DNA of 64,000 nucleotides from assembly GCA_012295275.1 (NCBI GenBank), contig CM022666.1, forward strand, positions 5,084,001-5,148,000, given 5' to 3'. This DNA is from Chrysomallon squamiferum. Taxonomy: Eukaryota; Animalia; Mollusca. The position numbers were made by a program, and so were the translations under genes. How positions within the stretch are numbered: the first letter of the stretch is position 1; each line of letters begins with the position of its first letter. A model generated the notes under the pieces. It saw only the letters and a program-made list of their open reading frames with translations. It had not been told where the DNA came from and searched no databases. Shown piece by piece: positions 42,267-58,984 of this stretch.

Positions 42267-43320
42267 CTGTACAAATAGACACTGATATGCGCAGTTCGCA
42301 TTAAAATGGGTGTGTACCGAAAAAATGTCAATGTTTGCTTTGAGGAGTATCTACAAGGTCATTATATGTAAAAACACATACATAGTATTCAATAATCGAG
42401 TAACTGTTTCACGTAGTGAATGAGATATCATGTAGACATATCACGTAGACATTTCAAACCCAGCGAGGAAATTTACCAAGAGGACATTCACATTTGTAGG
42501 CGTGAATTTTCCACCGGCTTCTTCGCTTAGCAAAGAGCTGTTTATAAACACTGCTCGGGTAGACCTACTATTAAAGATAAAGAATGCACTTATGATTTTT
42601 TTTTAAATGTTTATTGAGCTATCTTTGTCACTGTCGGTTTTTTTTTACAGTCAAGCAGTGAAGGATGACTTCACAACTTAATCATGATAGATGTTTGTGG
42701 ATGTGCACGTTTGTAAGTGTATCTATATCAGTATGTGATATGAACATGGCTATAGAACAGCAATATTTAGCATAAAGTATACAAATATACTATAAAGTCT
42801 ACAAAGTATCAAATAATCCTTTATAAAATAAAAAATAAATCATGTCACTAACTGATGTAGAAGTGAAAAGTGAGTAGAGAAATGGTTTCATTAATTTTAC
42901 TTGATATTAAAAAAAATAATAAGAAAAAAAGAAAAGAAAGCAGGAAAATGAAAATTCAGAACAAGACATTTGTATTTCTTTCAACGTAAACTTCCAAGTA
43001 ATAAAAATAATGAACAAGTGACCAGAGGTATCACTGCAGTCTTTATTTAACAATAATAACAACAGCAAACAATACAAAATCTGATGATTATGATGATGAT
43101 GATGATAAATTTAATAGTAAGAGTACCAGCAATAGTAACACTAATATAAATACTAGTAAGAATACTACTAATAATGATGATTATATAGTAATAATACTAG
43201 CAGTAGTAATAATGATGAAGATCATAGTGATAATAAAGTCAATGATAATAAAATTAATAATGATGATGATGATGATAGAAAATCCACTGTACAGATTTAC
43301 TGAACACAGACCATCAATAT

Positions 43321-43420
<100 letters not shown>

Positions 43421-44136
43421 CTCTCTATCTCTCTCTCTCTGTGTCTCTCTCTCTCTCAATTTTATCTTCAATACTGACCATCAAAAAGGGATGCTAGGAA
43501 GCAAGGCTGCTTTGGTCTGGAGATTTAAAGGAAAAAGAAAGTTAATGTAATAACTGGTGTCCAAGTGTTCAGTTGACAGGCTGGTCTAAATTCCTCGCCG
43601 ACCCCTGAACTACAGCGTCACTTCTATTCTTGTTTTCGACAAGTCATACAAACCTTTATATAATAGTACTATCACATACCTGGAATTCTAGTCAAGGTCA
43701 AGGTCTGTGTACGAACAATGAGGGAACTATTATCTGATGTAAATTTAGCTTTCGTGAATCCATGCGCAGTCGTATTAACAAGAGTTGAACACGCGAAATA
43801 GGGTGTTATGTTTGTGGTATTGTGGTCTAGAATAGACACTGACATGGACACTTTAGTCGATGACGTGATAAATTGGAAGTGTACAGATAAAGAATGTGAA
43901 TATGTAAGCTTATTCAACTTACTGGGTAAAATAAAATTAAGTTAGGTAAACGTGAATTGTCGAACATCAACATACGTACATACTGTTATGTATATTTTGT
44001 TAATATTCGCACTTGACTGTTGCATGACCAAATACAAAGCAGAATTCAGATGGAAAACAAAAAAACATTAAAAAAAAACCCAACCCAAACAAACAAACAA
44101 AAACAACAACAACGAACGAACAAAAAACAATGCAAG

Positions 44137-44176
<40 letters not shown>

Positions 44177-44909
44177 TCTGATCTATTTTAAGAAGTTGGG
44201 TTTTGTTCATTTTGCCCTGATAGAAACCGACTATTAAACAGGTATTTTTTTATTTTGTATTTAATTACGTTTCAATACTCTAGTCCTAAATAAACGATCG
44301 AAAATTTAATCCAGAATATCTAGAGTATCTAATTTCAAATGTCCTAATACACTCCAGCTATGCACTACAGTATATATCTACACAAGATCCACGGAGGCGC
44401 ACTGTCGTGAAAAATGAATTATTCCCTGACAGAAAAATACTGTTTATTTGTATCCATTTATTTTTAAAATTGTATAGTGGATCATCGTGTTTACCTGGAC
44501 TAGATTTAACAGTTGTCTGGTATTTTAAGCGGGTGGTGAAATGAGATATCGCTGCAAAACCACACGTTACGTGTACATTCAAAGCCAGCGAGGTCATTGT
44601 AGCTTTGACTCAGAGTGAACACGTGGGCCGTGCATTTTGTTTCAGCTGAGTCACTTAGCAAACAGCTATTTATAAACACTGCTCAGACAGAAACTATTGT
44701 TAAAGATAACGAATGTACTGGTGATTTTAAAAGTTTTCCCGTCAGCTACCATTGTTACTGTCCGTTTTTGTTTTTTTAAACAGCAAATTAGACAGTAAAG
44801 GACGACTGCTTAACTATTAAAACGTAAACATGATAACCACATAAATCTTTTTTCATTTAGTGTATTTATGTTGTTGTTGTTTTTTGTTTTGTGTTTTTAG
44901 AATTTAATA

Positions 44910-45135
44910 CAGAATTTACATTTTTCATAATTTCACTGATCACTTTTTCTCCATCACTGTAACAGCAGTACATGACATATTTCATGGTTCTGTTCGTAGA
45001 TTTGTCATCACTGCAGTTTTGTCCTGGTTTGTACCAGACTTTCACACACAATTCATGCTCAAACAGCAAGTTCTTTTCTCTATTCAGAAATTCGTTTAAA
45101 GTTTCAGATACAGTGAAACTGATGAGTATGAAGCT
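44910..45135 (-). pseudogene. TNF relic: diverged 3' part of first coding exon
   Basis: Encodes LISFTVSETLNEFLNREKNLLFEHELCVKVWYKPGQNCSDDKSTNRTMKYVMYCCYSDGEKVISEIMKN, followed by a gtaaattc donor. Start and TM 5' part are missing. Confidence 0.8.
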
Positions 45136-45136
45136 T

Positions 45137-45385
45137 TGACATGCGCAAATGCTGCTCTTGGCAGAACAGAAATCGGCAACAGAATATGCTGATTCCGTCT
45201 CTCATTTTGTTGGGCTGTGAAATTTTGTCATTGTTGGACTTTTGGAAAATAAACTATACTATAATACTCTGTTTCATCGTTTGTTATCCTTGACTGCTTC
45301 AGTAATATATATCAATAGGTGTGGGCACAATGAGGTTATCCAGTACAGTAGTAGTACTCAGTCAAAAGAGGTGATTTGGTAATAA
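45137..45385 (-). mobile_element. Inverted fragment of the same MITE together with its TNF-intron flank
   Basis: Reverse complement of ~53688-53945, including one TIR and the flank ttattatcaaatcacctcttttgactgagtactact. Confidence 0.75.
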
Positions 45386-45851
45386 CCGATATATAATAGT
45401 ACTATCACGTGACTGGAATTCTAGTCAAGGTCAAGGTCTGTGTACCAAGAACGAGTAAATTATTATCTGATGTAAATTTAGCTTTCATGGTCAGTCGTAT
45501 TAACAAGAGTTAAGCACGGGAAATAGGGTGCTATGTGGTCTAGAGCAGACACTGACATGCGCAGTTTAGTCAATGACGTGGCAAAGTGGAAGTGTACAGA
45601 TAAGAAATGTTAATATGTAAAGTTATTCAACTTACTGGGTAAAAAACAAATTAAGTTATGTAAACGTGAATTGTGGTACATCTACAAAGTCATTTTATAC
45701 ACACGTGTATACTATTATGTATATTTAGTTAATATTCGCACTTAACTGTTGTATGACCTTATTCAGAGCAGAGTTCAGATGGAAAAAAAAACAACAACAA
45801 ACAAACACAAAAACAAAATAAAATAACAAACAAAAAAACAATACAAGCAAG

Positions 45852-45886
<35 letters not shown>

Positions 45887-47084
45887 TCTATTTTAAGAAT
45901 ATTGCTTTGTTCAGTTTCCCGTGTGTTGTTTCTGTGATAGAAATTAGACTACGTCAAGTGCATGTGATGTACGTGCACGAACAGAAACAAAAAAAGGAAA
46001 ACCGTAACAGCTGACTATAAAGTAGTCCCTCTTCAACAGTCTAAACCTAAACAAATTATAAAAAATTTAATGTAGAACATCAACATTATCTAATTTCAAA
46101 TGTCCTAATACACTCCAGCTATGCACTACAGTATATATCTAGACTTGCTCCACGGAGGCGCACAGTTATAAAAATTGGATTATTCCCTGACAAAAAAACC
46201 TGTTTGTATTAATTTATTTTTAAAATGTGTCAGTTGTTCAACATGCTAATATGGACTAGAGATAACAGTGATCGCGTGATTCAAGCAGACTGTAAAATAA
46301 GATATCGGTGCAATCAAACCTTAGGTACACATTTCCCAGCCTGAAATCAGTGAATGTCTTGAACACGTGGGCCGGGTATTTTGTATCACCCGCGCCGCTA
46401 AGAAAATAAACATTTATAAACACTGCTCGGGTAGAATTACTTTTATAGATCATTTACTGTGGATTTTAAAAAGTTTTCCAGTCAGCTACCATTGTTATTA
46501 TTGTCTTTTCTTTTTTCTTTTTTAGACAGCAAATCAAACAGTGAAGGACGACAGCATAACTATTAAAACTTAATCATGATACATGTGTGTGTGTGTGGAT
46601 GTGCACGTATGTAGGCGTATCTATATAAGTATATGATATGTACATGGTTATATAACAGCAATATTTAACATACTGTCTATAAAATATACAAATTATGCAC
46701 ACATATCAGAATTTAATTTCGTTAGATTTAAATTAATTTCTGTTCATGTATCTTTCATTGTCTGATCCTCGCTGGTTTTAAAAATTATTCTTAGCCAGAT
46801 AAAACCAGATATGTTAAAAGATGAAAAAGGTGTGTGAAAAAAATGAATTAATTTCATGGGGTTAGTTTAATTCAAATATAATGTGAGTATGTGTGTGTCT
46901 GTGTGTGTGTGTGTGTGTGTGTATCTGTGTTTGTGTGTGTGTGTGTGTGTGATTAATTTAACAAACCAACAATTTAACTTATAATGATAACACTAAAGTA
47001 ACTATAATGATCAGAAACCAAATAAATAAATGAATTAATGAATAAATTAACACAAACAACAGCAACAACAACAACATTAACAAC

Positions 47085-47144
<60 letters not shown>

Positions 47145-47177
47145 CAACTTATTTAAAACTGAGCAGAATAATCTGAA

Positions 47178-48346
47178 TGTCTCGTTGTGTACAAACTGCA
47201 GAGTTGTCAGCTGCTGCTGGTGTAGTTGCAGTGCACGTTCATGACGTTCTAAATATGCTGGCATCCAGCTCTGGTACAAAGGAAGTTCCACTGTGTTTAT
47301 TTGTTCTGCATGAGAAACAAGTCGACTGTTGATCATTTCAGCTTGGAGGTCTATGAATCCGATCTGAAATATAAAAACTTATATATTCAGATACATTGTA
47401 TATTCTACACCACAGGAGTTCAGTTTTATAATATCATACACTGAATATGTGGTATTTGCTATACTGAATATTTAATATTACATCCTTTGATTTGTAAATT
47501 ACAGGATACATACTGTATTGTAACTATCTTTAAGGTTACCGTACTGGAATAATACTGTATCACTTGGTATATAAATTACATGATATGTACTGTACTCTAT
47601 TAATCTTTAATACTATATCCCTCGATATATAATTTACATAATATGTACTGTACCCTATTATATAATCTGTAATATTGTATATTAGGATGTATAAATTACA
47701 TGGTATGTACTGTACTGGAATAATACCGTATTCCTGCATGTTCAAATTACGTCATTCTGCAACTTTTGTCCTTTTTCCAGTTACATCTAAGAAAGAAATA
47801 TATCAATTTATTTTTAAAATTATTTAAAAATAAACAAATAAACTCACAGATACCACTTGCTAAATCGTAATGGAGACCCAGTCTGTTTAAACTTTGCTAG
47901 GTAAGCACGACTTCTAACACATGTATTCTGCCATGAACAAGGAGACTACTGTGACAGCTGCATTTGGGATAAAAAGGTTTTGGAATACCTGAATGAAAAA
48001 TATTAACTGCCAAAAAATATCATCATCAACAACAATTATAATAACAATAGTTATCAGTAACAACAGCAATAACAATAACAGTAAAAATAATTCTAATAAT
48101 AATATTACTTTAACAACAACCAGCATTTTTTGAGATAAAGGTCCTTGAGTATTAAAGAGTTATCTTCCTTAGTATATATATATGCACAACAAGTTCACAC
48201 TAATACTCATGTATTAATAGACACGAATATATAAACATGGATACACATATCAGACAGAAATATATATATATATATACCCTCACACACATACATATATACA
48301 AACGTACATAAATAATAATAATATTATTATTATTATAATAATAATG

Positions 48347-48415
<69 letters not shown>

Positions 48416-49105
48416 GTAATAAGTATAATAATAATAATAAGCAAAAGGAGACACACAACTACAGTGACAACAGCATTTGGGATACAAAGTGTTTAGACTA
48501 CCTGGATGAAAAATAAAATTAAAACAAAATATTAACTGCCAAAAAATGTCATAAACAACAATAATTACAATAACAACAACAATAGCCGTAAAATCCTTAA
48601 AAATATAAATAATAATGATGACATTGATATTACAATAACAACAACAACAACGATCATTATTTGAGAAAATGGTCCTTAAGTACGAAAGAGTTATCTTCCT
48701 TAATATTCTCTGTCTAGACTTCTGCACTGATATACACTAATATACATATATAAACACATACAAAAATACACGGAATACAGACGTCTGTTGTAATACATCA
48801 ATAAAAACGAGTATTCGCTACGATTAACCTACCTACTACATAAGTTATCTATCAAACACAAATATGTAAACACACAGAGACAGGCATACACATACCTACC
48901 ATTACATACAAAACACACATGTATAGACACATACCACACACACAAACATGTAAACACACAGACACACAAACACCATGTGCATATGCATGTACACTCACAC
49001 ATGCATAGACATACTCACAAACATACATTCAGACATTGCAAACCAATAACCAAAATTTCAACATACACATCTAAATGCATCATCGTCACCTTCATCATCA
49101 GCTGT
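47178..49105 (-). pseudogene. Gene X relics (exon 4 fragment, diverged exon 3, partial exon 3, exon 2 stub)
   Basis: 47178-47365, ~47855-47990, ~48440-48503 and ~49060-49102 match the gene X exons with indels. Confidence 0.65.
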
Positions 49106-49179
49106 CAAGATGATTCACTGTTTGTATTGCAGAAATACTGGTTCTTTAACAGTGTATGCAAATACATCTCAACATTTCA

Positions 49180-49256
<77 letters not shown>

Positions 49257-49660
49257 AAACTTACAAAAGTCGAGAATATCTGAAAACTATTTAACACAAT
49301 GTTAAAACAAAGCTTAGTTTTCAACAGGATAACGTAGAGAGTATTTCATAGAGATTCTACTAATTGTAACAGAACTGATTATAATTATAAATACTCTACA
49401 GCTGATTTAGTCCACTATAAATAAATAGGTAAAAGGCGAAGGAAGGTATTCACTGTTCGATGTGTGTGTGCGTGTGTGTGTGCGTGTGTGTGTGCGTGCC
49501 TCTGTGTGAGATGAAGAGTCACAGTACGAGAAAGATACGAAAAGTTTTCAATCTAGAAAACATACACAGCAAATCTAAAGTTTTTAATATCATATCTTTA
49601 TTTAATAAATTTTATTCAATATTATTATTAATATTACTGTTATTATTATTATTATTATTA

Positions 49661-49719
<59 letters not shown>

Positions 49720-49780
49720 TTGTTATTATTATTCCTTTACTTATCTATTTATATATATTATTTGTTGTTGTTTATTTCAG

Positions 49781-51410
<1,630 letters not shown>

Positions 51411-51934
51411 TGAAACAAACCAGTTTTTCATACATTTTATTTACGGTTTGGACATAATTTTCCAAAACTTTTAATGTCCTTGAAAACTCTGACGAATTTC
51501 CAAAACTTTCCAAGACTTTCCAAAACGCATACGAACTTGTATATTATAGGTATAACATTCAGGTTATTCCAGAAAACAATCAGTATGTATGTCAAGGTAA
51601 CTGTATCAAAGAGAAGAAAGGGAACCATCACGTGATTTCAATTTAGCTTAATTGAATCCGTGCGCATGTGTATTAACAATAGTTAGGGCATGCTGGAACC
51701 TAGAAAAGACACTGACATGCGCAGTTCAGTTAGTTACGCGTTAAAATGGAGGTGTACAGGTAAGACAATTTTAATATTTAAGGTTATTCAACTTACTGGA
51801 TAAACAGGATTAAGTTGGGTAAATGTGCATTGTGGAACATCTACAAAGTCATTTTATATGTACATACTATTATGTCAGTTTAGTTAATCTTTGCAGTTAA
51901 TTGTTGAACTAATCAGAGCAGAGATCAACGGGAA

Positions 51935-51966
<32 letters not shown>

Positions 51967-53006
51967 TTTTAAAATAAACTTATGAATGGGTGCATTGTGT
52001 TGCAAATGGCGTTCGTGACCTAGTAACTCCTTTCTAACGAACCGACCTAAAATAATAATAATAATAATAGTAATAAAGGTATCGGTGTTCTTATTCATTT
52101 TCAACAACTGTAACAACAATATATTTATTTATTTATAACAATAATAATTCATTCATAGTTTCTAAATCCGTCTATTAATAATTCGGTTGACAACTTCAAA
52201 CCACTGACCTGACAACTATTTATAGCTTGGTGGAAAGCCCACTTCCCGAACAAAATTAATATTCATTACTTCTCGTAAATGTTCAAGGTAACAAGCAAAC
52301 ACATCTTGTTAAAATGTTGTTATTTAAATACTGGCAACTGTCCATAGAATTGTATTAGTGTCAAAAACGTTTTAAATAAAAATACAAATGTGTGTGTGTG
52401 TGAAAATGGTAATAAATAAAGTAATAAAGTAATAGTAGTAACAACGATTATATGCAATCATTAAAAACAGTAGCATGAGTTTAAGTATAAGCTGATGAAG
52501 TTACGCTGCTGATTTGGAGAAAATAGCAAACATTTGTCTTTAAATTTGAAAAAAAAACAATATTATCTATTATGTTTTTATAAATTATATTTTATTCACA
52601 CTTTCTGGATCTGTCTATTAGTACAGTAGTAGTGACTGAATGGGACAGTCTCAGCGTCACTGTTAATATACTGCTATTCAAAACACACGCATTGGCAACA
52701 ATTATATAGTCATTCTGAATCATATTCCAATGTTATAATGAATTATTAATGAAAGAACTATAAAAATAAATTAAAAATGTTAGATATACCAACATCACAA
52801 ATCAAAAACAACCACAAGTTATAATAATAATAATAACGACATTGAAGGCTATAAAGATAGATCAGTGTATGTCTGATATAAACGTTTCAAGATAATGTTA
52901 CGATACAAGGTTAGTTTGATATACAGAAATCCACGAGCTCTGTCTTTCTGTCAGAATACAGAAAATTATATATTACCAATTACAACTCAGGCCTCCCTTA
53001 ACAATC

Positions 53007-55410
53007 TCAAAGCATATACAGACCAAAGTAGGTTGTCTCAGGATCTCTCAAAATTCTGTTCACAAGTGATGTTCTCACCACTACAGTGTCATTGGCTTTC
53101 AGGTAGTAAACAGCTCCAATGTAGGAAGAAACAAAACCTTCCTGGTTTCTGCGTACTTTGCATGTTGTTTGACGATTTTTGTAGAGAACTTCATAATTTG
53201 GATATTTTTCAAATGAGTGACACAGGCTATAGTATTCTAAATCGCTGACTTGGTTGTCATGGAATAAAACGTTGCTGTATATGAAGTAGTAAGCAGCTTC
53301 TTTGACTTGAATCCCGTCAGCGACAACAGTCACACCTCCTTTCACAAACGATCTTTTACCAGACGACGTCCATTTGATGAGAGGCTTCGGTGTGTCTGAA
53401 AAGTTTAGAATAAATGATTTTTAAACAATATTTCTATTTTAAATTGTCAACAGTTGTAGTTAGTATTAGTAATATATTTCTATAACTACAAACTTCCGCT
53501 ATTAACTACTTTACCAGAATAACTGACATTATCACTAGTAGCACTGCTATTATTATTGTTATCACAATTTCTACTATTATTTTCTAACCACTACTAATAA
53601 CTAAGTGAGTACTACTACTACTACGTTTACCAGACCAATTTGTTTAAGTAACTACTACTATTACTTCTATTTTACTACAACCACATTTATTATCAAATCA
53701 CCTCTTTTGACTGAGTACTACTACTGTACCGGGTAACCTCACTGTGCCCGCATCTATTGATATATATTACTGAAGCAGTCAAGGATAGCAAACGATGATG
53801 AAACAGGGTATTATAGTATAGTTTAGTTTCCAAAAGACTAACAACGACAACATTTCACAGCACAACAAAATGAGAGACGGAACCAGCATATTCTATTGCC
53901 GATTTCTGTTCTGTCAAGAGCAGCATTTGCTGTTGACGTATGTCAAAGTCAAGTTGCCACCAGATCTTAATAGTAAAATTGTAGTTCAACAAAGGTCTGC
54001 TCTCTTTTCATTATATTTGTGAATTCAAAAATGTTGGGATGACTGATGCGCGTGATCTTCAGTTCTGAATGCCATCCCTCAACGTGATTCGTAGTACTGG
54101 CAAAATTTGTTTCGAAATGGTTCCAGACTTTTCTGCCGGGAGATTCAATCCACTTTCAGTAAAACATGTGGATTCTCTAGATCGGCTTGGATTCTCTTTA
54201 ATGTTCACTTTAGTGACACTGACTATAGCGACTCAACCGTTCAGCCGTACTTATTTCCTTACTAATCGCTACAGACTGCGGGCACAGTGAAGTTAAACCT
54301 ACTACAATTATTATTTGTTTTCTTACTTTTGTCATATGTTGCATTCACTTCCATTTGTAGATGAGCCGATGTCTTCACATTGTTTTTATTATTCAGACGA
54401 TCAGCAGCCTCTCTGATCTGCTTAAGATTTTGTTCTGAAATATATATACCGACACATGTAGACTACTGATACATGTATAAATATATAGATTCATACATAC
54501 ATACCATGATTCGTACTCATTGTCTTTATTATCTAAATTTAAAAGATCAGTGACATCTCTGATCTGCTTTAGTTTTCTTTCTGAAACACAAACACACATA
54601 CACACACACACTCACATAAATATACACTAATATATGTTTACATACATAGACAGTACACAAATATGCACGTATATACAAACACATAATTATAAAAAATGTG
54701 TGTGCCTGAATGTTTCTGTTTGTGTGTGGGTCTTTTTCTGTCTGTTTGTCTGTCTGTGTTTGTGTATGTATGTGTTTGTGACTTTTCTTGTGTATCTGTG
54801 TTTCTGCGACTTTGTGTTTTTACGTGTCTGAGAGTGTATGCGTCTGTGTTAACTTACCACTTTTCTCAGCTTTTGTGTGACTTTCGCTCAGCTTCTAAAA
54901 AGAACGTAATAACCAATTTGAAACTAGTCCACAATAATCAATTTTAAATTTATAAATATTTTTCAGCAATATTAATTTCTAGTTTTCATAATTCAAATAT
55001 TATTATTTCATTTATAGTGAATTTAACTTTTTATTATTTTTATAGAGAATTACTCTCTTTCTTAATTCCATATCTACAGAAAACAATTTTTTTTTTTCAT
55101 TTAATGTATTTATGGAACATAAGTTTTTAGAACTAAATACAGAATTTACCATTTTCATAATTTCTCTGATCACTTTTTCTCCATCTCTGTAACAGCAATA
55201 CGTGGTATTGTTCCTGGTTCTCTTCGTAGATTTTTCATCACAACAGTTTTCTCCTGGTTTGCACGAGATTTTCACACACAGTTCCTTGTCAAACAACAAG
55301 TTGGTTTCTCTGTTCAGAAATTATTTTAATGTTACTGATACAATGAAACTGATGAGTATCAAGTTTAGTACCATAAGAGAAATGGCAATGACTGGACGAA
55401 TTGGTACCAT
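53007..55410 (-). pseudogene. TNF superfamily ligand, copy 4 (nonsense codon at residue 30, just after the TM segment)
   Basis: Exons 55410-55150, 54894-54858, 54434-54327 and 53395-53007 have normal lengths and splice sites. Codon 30 is TAA (55323-55321) where paralogs have GAA (TLKEFLN). Confidence 0.85.
53737..54292. mobile_element. Non-autonomous DNA transposon (MITE, piggyBac-like termini) in intron of TNF copy 4
   Basis: 16-bp TIRs cctcactgtgcccgca (53737-53752) and tgcgggcacagtgaag (54277-54292), flanked by gtaa and ttaa. Absent from the same intron in copies 1-3. Confidence 0.7.
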
Positions 55411-55910
55411 TTTGTGTAACAACTTTTATTTCCTTGAGAAGTAGTCTGTAAAACATGAACAAAAGAAAAGAAAAAAATCAGTAATAAATAATAACAATAA
55501 AATACACACAGACGCACACGTACACAATATACATACACTTATATATAACATTATTTCAGCAAAAAGGCAATATGCACATGTACATACACAGATATAAAAC
55601 TTTTAAAGAATGGTAAATAAATAAAATAATAAATATTACCAACAGAAATTTACACACAGTATACACTTCGACTCACACTTCTATATAAACTTATTTCAAA
55701 GAATTTTTTTTTAAAGTAAATACTATTTACCAAGATATATTTACATCCATAATGTTTCCTATGTGACGTCCAAATAAACAATAAAAGAAACTCCGATAAA
55801 AATAGCTAATATTATAATTTTATATAAATATATATAACATATGAAATAATTGAAATTATAACTTTATATAAATAAATATAACCTATGAAATAAGTAAAAC
55901 ATTTACTTAC

Positions 55911-56045
55911 CTAAATTAGGCTGACTCTGTGTTCACGTGAAGCACGTCTACTGTCTATGACAGGCTTCGTTGATTTTTATACCAGCCACTTTGAAAAGAT
56001 CTTATCATATTCTCTCTACCAGCTCACTCGATCATTTTTGATTGG
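55911..56045 (-). promoter_or_regulatory. Core promoter and non-coding first exon of TNF copy 4
   Basis: CCAAT at 56045-56041, TGATAA near 56005, TATAAAA at 55981-55975, and a consensus AG|GTAAGT donor at 55910. Homologous to the copy-1 promoter. Confidence 0.65.
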
Positions 56046-57237
56046 CTAAGAGGAAATGTCGTCTGCTTTATTTAAATTTATTGCTTGATGTTTTTTCTTC
56101 TATCTTTTTTAATTTACTATGAATAAAATGAGCAAAGTCATTATATGTATTTTTTGGGTGTGTTTGTATTGTTCATAAATAAGCTACATATTATAGTTGT
56201 TATTGCTATAATCGTAGTAGTAATGGTAGTAGTTGTTGTTGTCCCGGCTGCTTTTGTCGTTATTGTTAAATAAAGAGTACAGCGTAATTTCCATTCCTGT
56301 GTCAACTAAGCCATAAACAACAAAAGGAAAACATGTAGTCTGTGTATCACACAGTGGAAAGTTCCAGCCCGGATTTCTCATCTTACACGTAATCGGAATA
56401 AATAACTGTAGTGATCCATTTATTATTACAGAGCCAGGAGTATAAAATGTCTCAAAAATATTTACCTGTGACAAAAGAATCTTCAGTTTGTAAGTGTCAC
56501 TTGTATCATGACTGTTGATTCAGTCTGCCGAACAAATAAATACATAAATAAATAAAATAAATAAATAAATAAACAAATGATCGAAATAATGTAAAATCGA
56601 ATAAAAACAAAACGAAAATAAAACAAAATTAAAATAAATGAGATATTTGTTTTCGTTAGGGAAAAACTGTTGAACAACTGGAGCGAAACGGTCACTTTCC
56701 ACAGAACGCACTGTGTAAGTAGATTATTACAGGGCCAGGAATATAAAATGTATCAGAAATATCTACCTGTGACAGAAGAATCTTCTGTTTGTAAATGTCA
56801 CTTGTATCTGACTGTTGACTGCCGAATAAATAAATAAATAAATAAATAAATAAATGAGCGAAATAAAGTCAAATCAATCTAAAATAAAAATAAAATAAGA
56901 GAAAATAAATGAAAAGAAAAAGTGATAAAAAATAAAATAAAAATACAAAATGATAAAAGTAAAGTGAAATAAATAAATACAATAAGATATATAAAAATAA
57001 TTAATTAATTAAAAGAATAAAATAAATGAAATAAAATTATAGTAAGACAAAATAAAATAGATAAATAGAGTAAAATATAAAATAAAAACAAACCATAAAT
57101 AAAGAAAGAAACAAACAAACAAAAGAAAAGGGAAAGGATAAAACAATAAAATAAATGAAATAAAATTGTAGTAGGTTAAAATAAAATAAACAAAGATAGA
57201 GTAAAATAAAAATAAAAATAAGTAACCAAACAAACCA

Positions 57238-57280
<43 letters not shown>

Positions 57281-58796
57281 AAAGAAGAAAAGAAAAGGGA
57301 AACGATATATTCTGTGTTTCACATGGTGGACATTTATACATAATCGGGATGAATATCTGTAGTCGTCCATTTATTACTACAGGGCCAGGAATATGAAATG
57401 TCTCAAAAATATCTGCCTGTGACAGAAGAATCTTCCACTTGTAAACGTTACTTGTATCATGACTGTTGATTCAGCTGGAAAAAAAAGTAACAATTTTTAT
57501 ATATAAGAAAATGTATGGATTTATAGGGTATTGAATGTGGCATCATAGTCTACATGGGGTAATTGTTAAGCTTACTGATTAGGTCAGTTAGGTTAGATTA
57601 GAAAAAGAGGTTTCATACTGTGCAGGGGTGGTGACTTGTTACACTTATTAATTAGGCAGGATTAAAGAAAGAGTTTTCATATTGTGCAGGGGTGATGCTT
57701 GGGTCCAGCTTACTGATTAGGATAGATTTAAACTAAGAGCTTCCTATTGTAAATGATTTATAAAATGTTCCATGTTAAAATGTGTTTCACTATATATTCT
57801 CCAGCTTACTCTAGTGTCAGAAGTATGTTTAATATTGAAGTTATTCATAGCAATAAGGATCGTATCAAAATCTGTTATGAAGTGTTCGTGTATGCTGCGT
57901 CAGAATTTCTTCGTGATATCGGGTGGGACATCAGCCTAAACCATCATTATTAAAATCAAAGAACATTAACAAAATGTGTTTAATGTATCTTTCATTGCTA
58001 ATATATTTCTTAACTGAAAATTGGACTTTTTTATCACCACGGAGAGGTAGGTGTTACTGACTCTTGTTTATCAGAAAGATCTGGCAACAGACGCCAATGC
58101 AAGGTCGGGAACACGTTGACAAATAACGTGAGTACCTTTTTCATAAAGGACCCAGATAATTTTTTTTTTTGTGAGGGAAGAACTGTGGAACAATTCGAGC
58201 GAAACTGTCCTGTCCACTGTAACTAGATATTATATGTTTGCTCTATTGTATTAACCCGTACGTGATTCTTGTGATCGATCACAATCATTCTACCCATCTA
58301 TATGATTCTTTACTGCTATATTGAATACAGTTTTAAAAGTGTCTTGTGTTTGTTGTGTTCTAGTGCACAATAAAGGGTGTGTATATATATATATATGCTT
58401 TCTTATTACATTATGCATGTGTTCATACTTTTGTTTAATAGATATTACCAGTGAAGTGATTTTTTGTTTATGTTTCTCAGCCTTTGATTTCTCAGGGATC
58501 ATTTTATCATATTATTCTTTAGTACGAAGATACCAAAAAATTTTTTTTGCTTTTACATTGGAGATGTGATGACTACCTGAAAGTCAGTGACACTGTATAT
58601 ACACATACATTATACATTACATTTTTATAAATATATAAAAATTGTTCAACTGAATAAAATGTTTATTATTATCTCAACTCTATTCTGTTGAAGTTGAGCA
58701 GCTTAGATTCACTACCTTACTCTTAAAACCATTATAATAACCGTTATTATAACCGTTATTAATTAATTAATTAATTAATTAATTAATATTATTATT

Positions 58797-58828
<32 letters not shown>

Positions 58829-58924
58829 TTCGTTTATTTATTTATTGTTGTTGTTTTGTTGTTATTTAATTATTTTGGTCCATATAAATAGAGATTATAT
58901 ATTTTTTTCAATTAAATTTGTTAA

Positions 58925-58984
<60 letters not shown>

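Noticed and set aside
52895-53248. Conserved plus-strand ORFs with SQDLSKFCSQ...QCHWL (also 3970, 28772, 40088, and 4560 on minus)
   Set aside because: They are antisense shadows of the THD exon; their conservation is explained by the TNF frame and they have variable stops.
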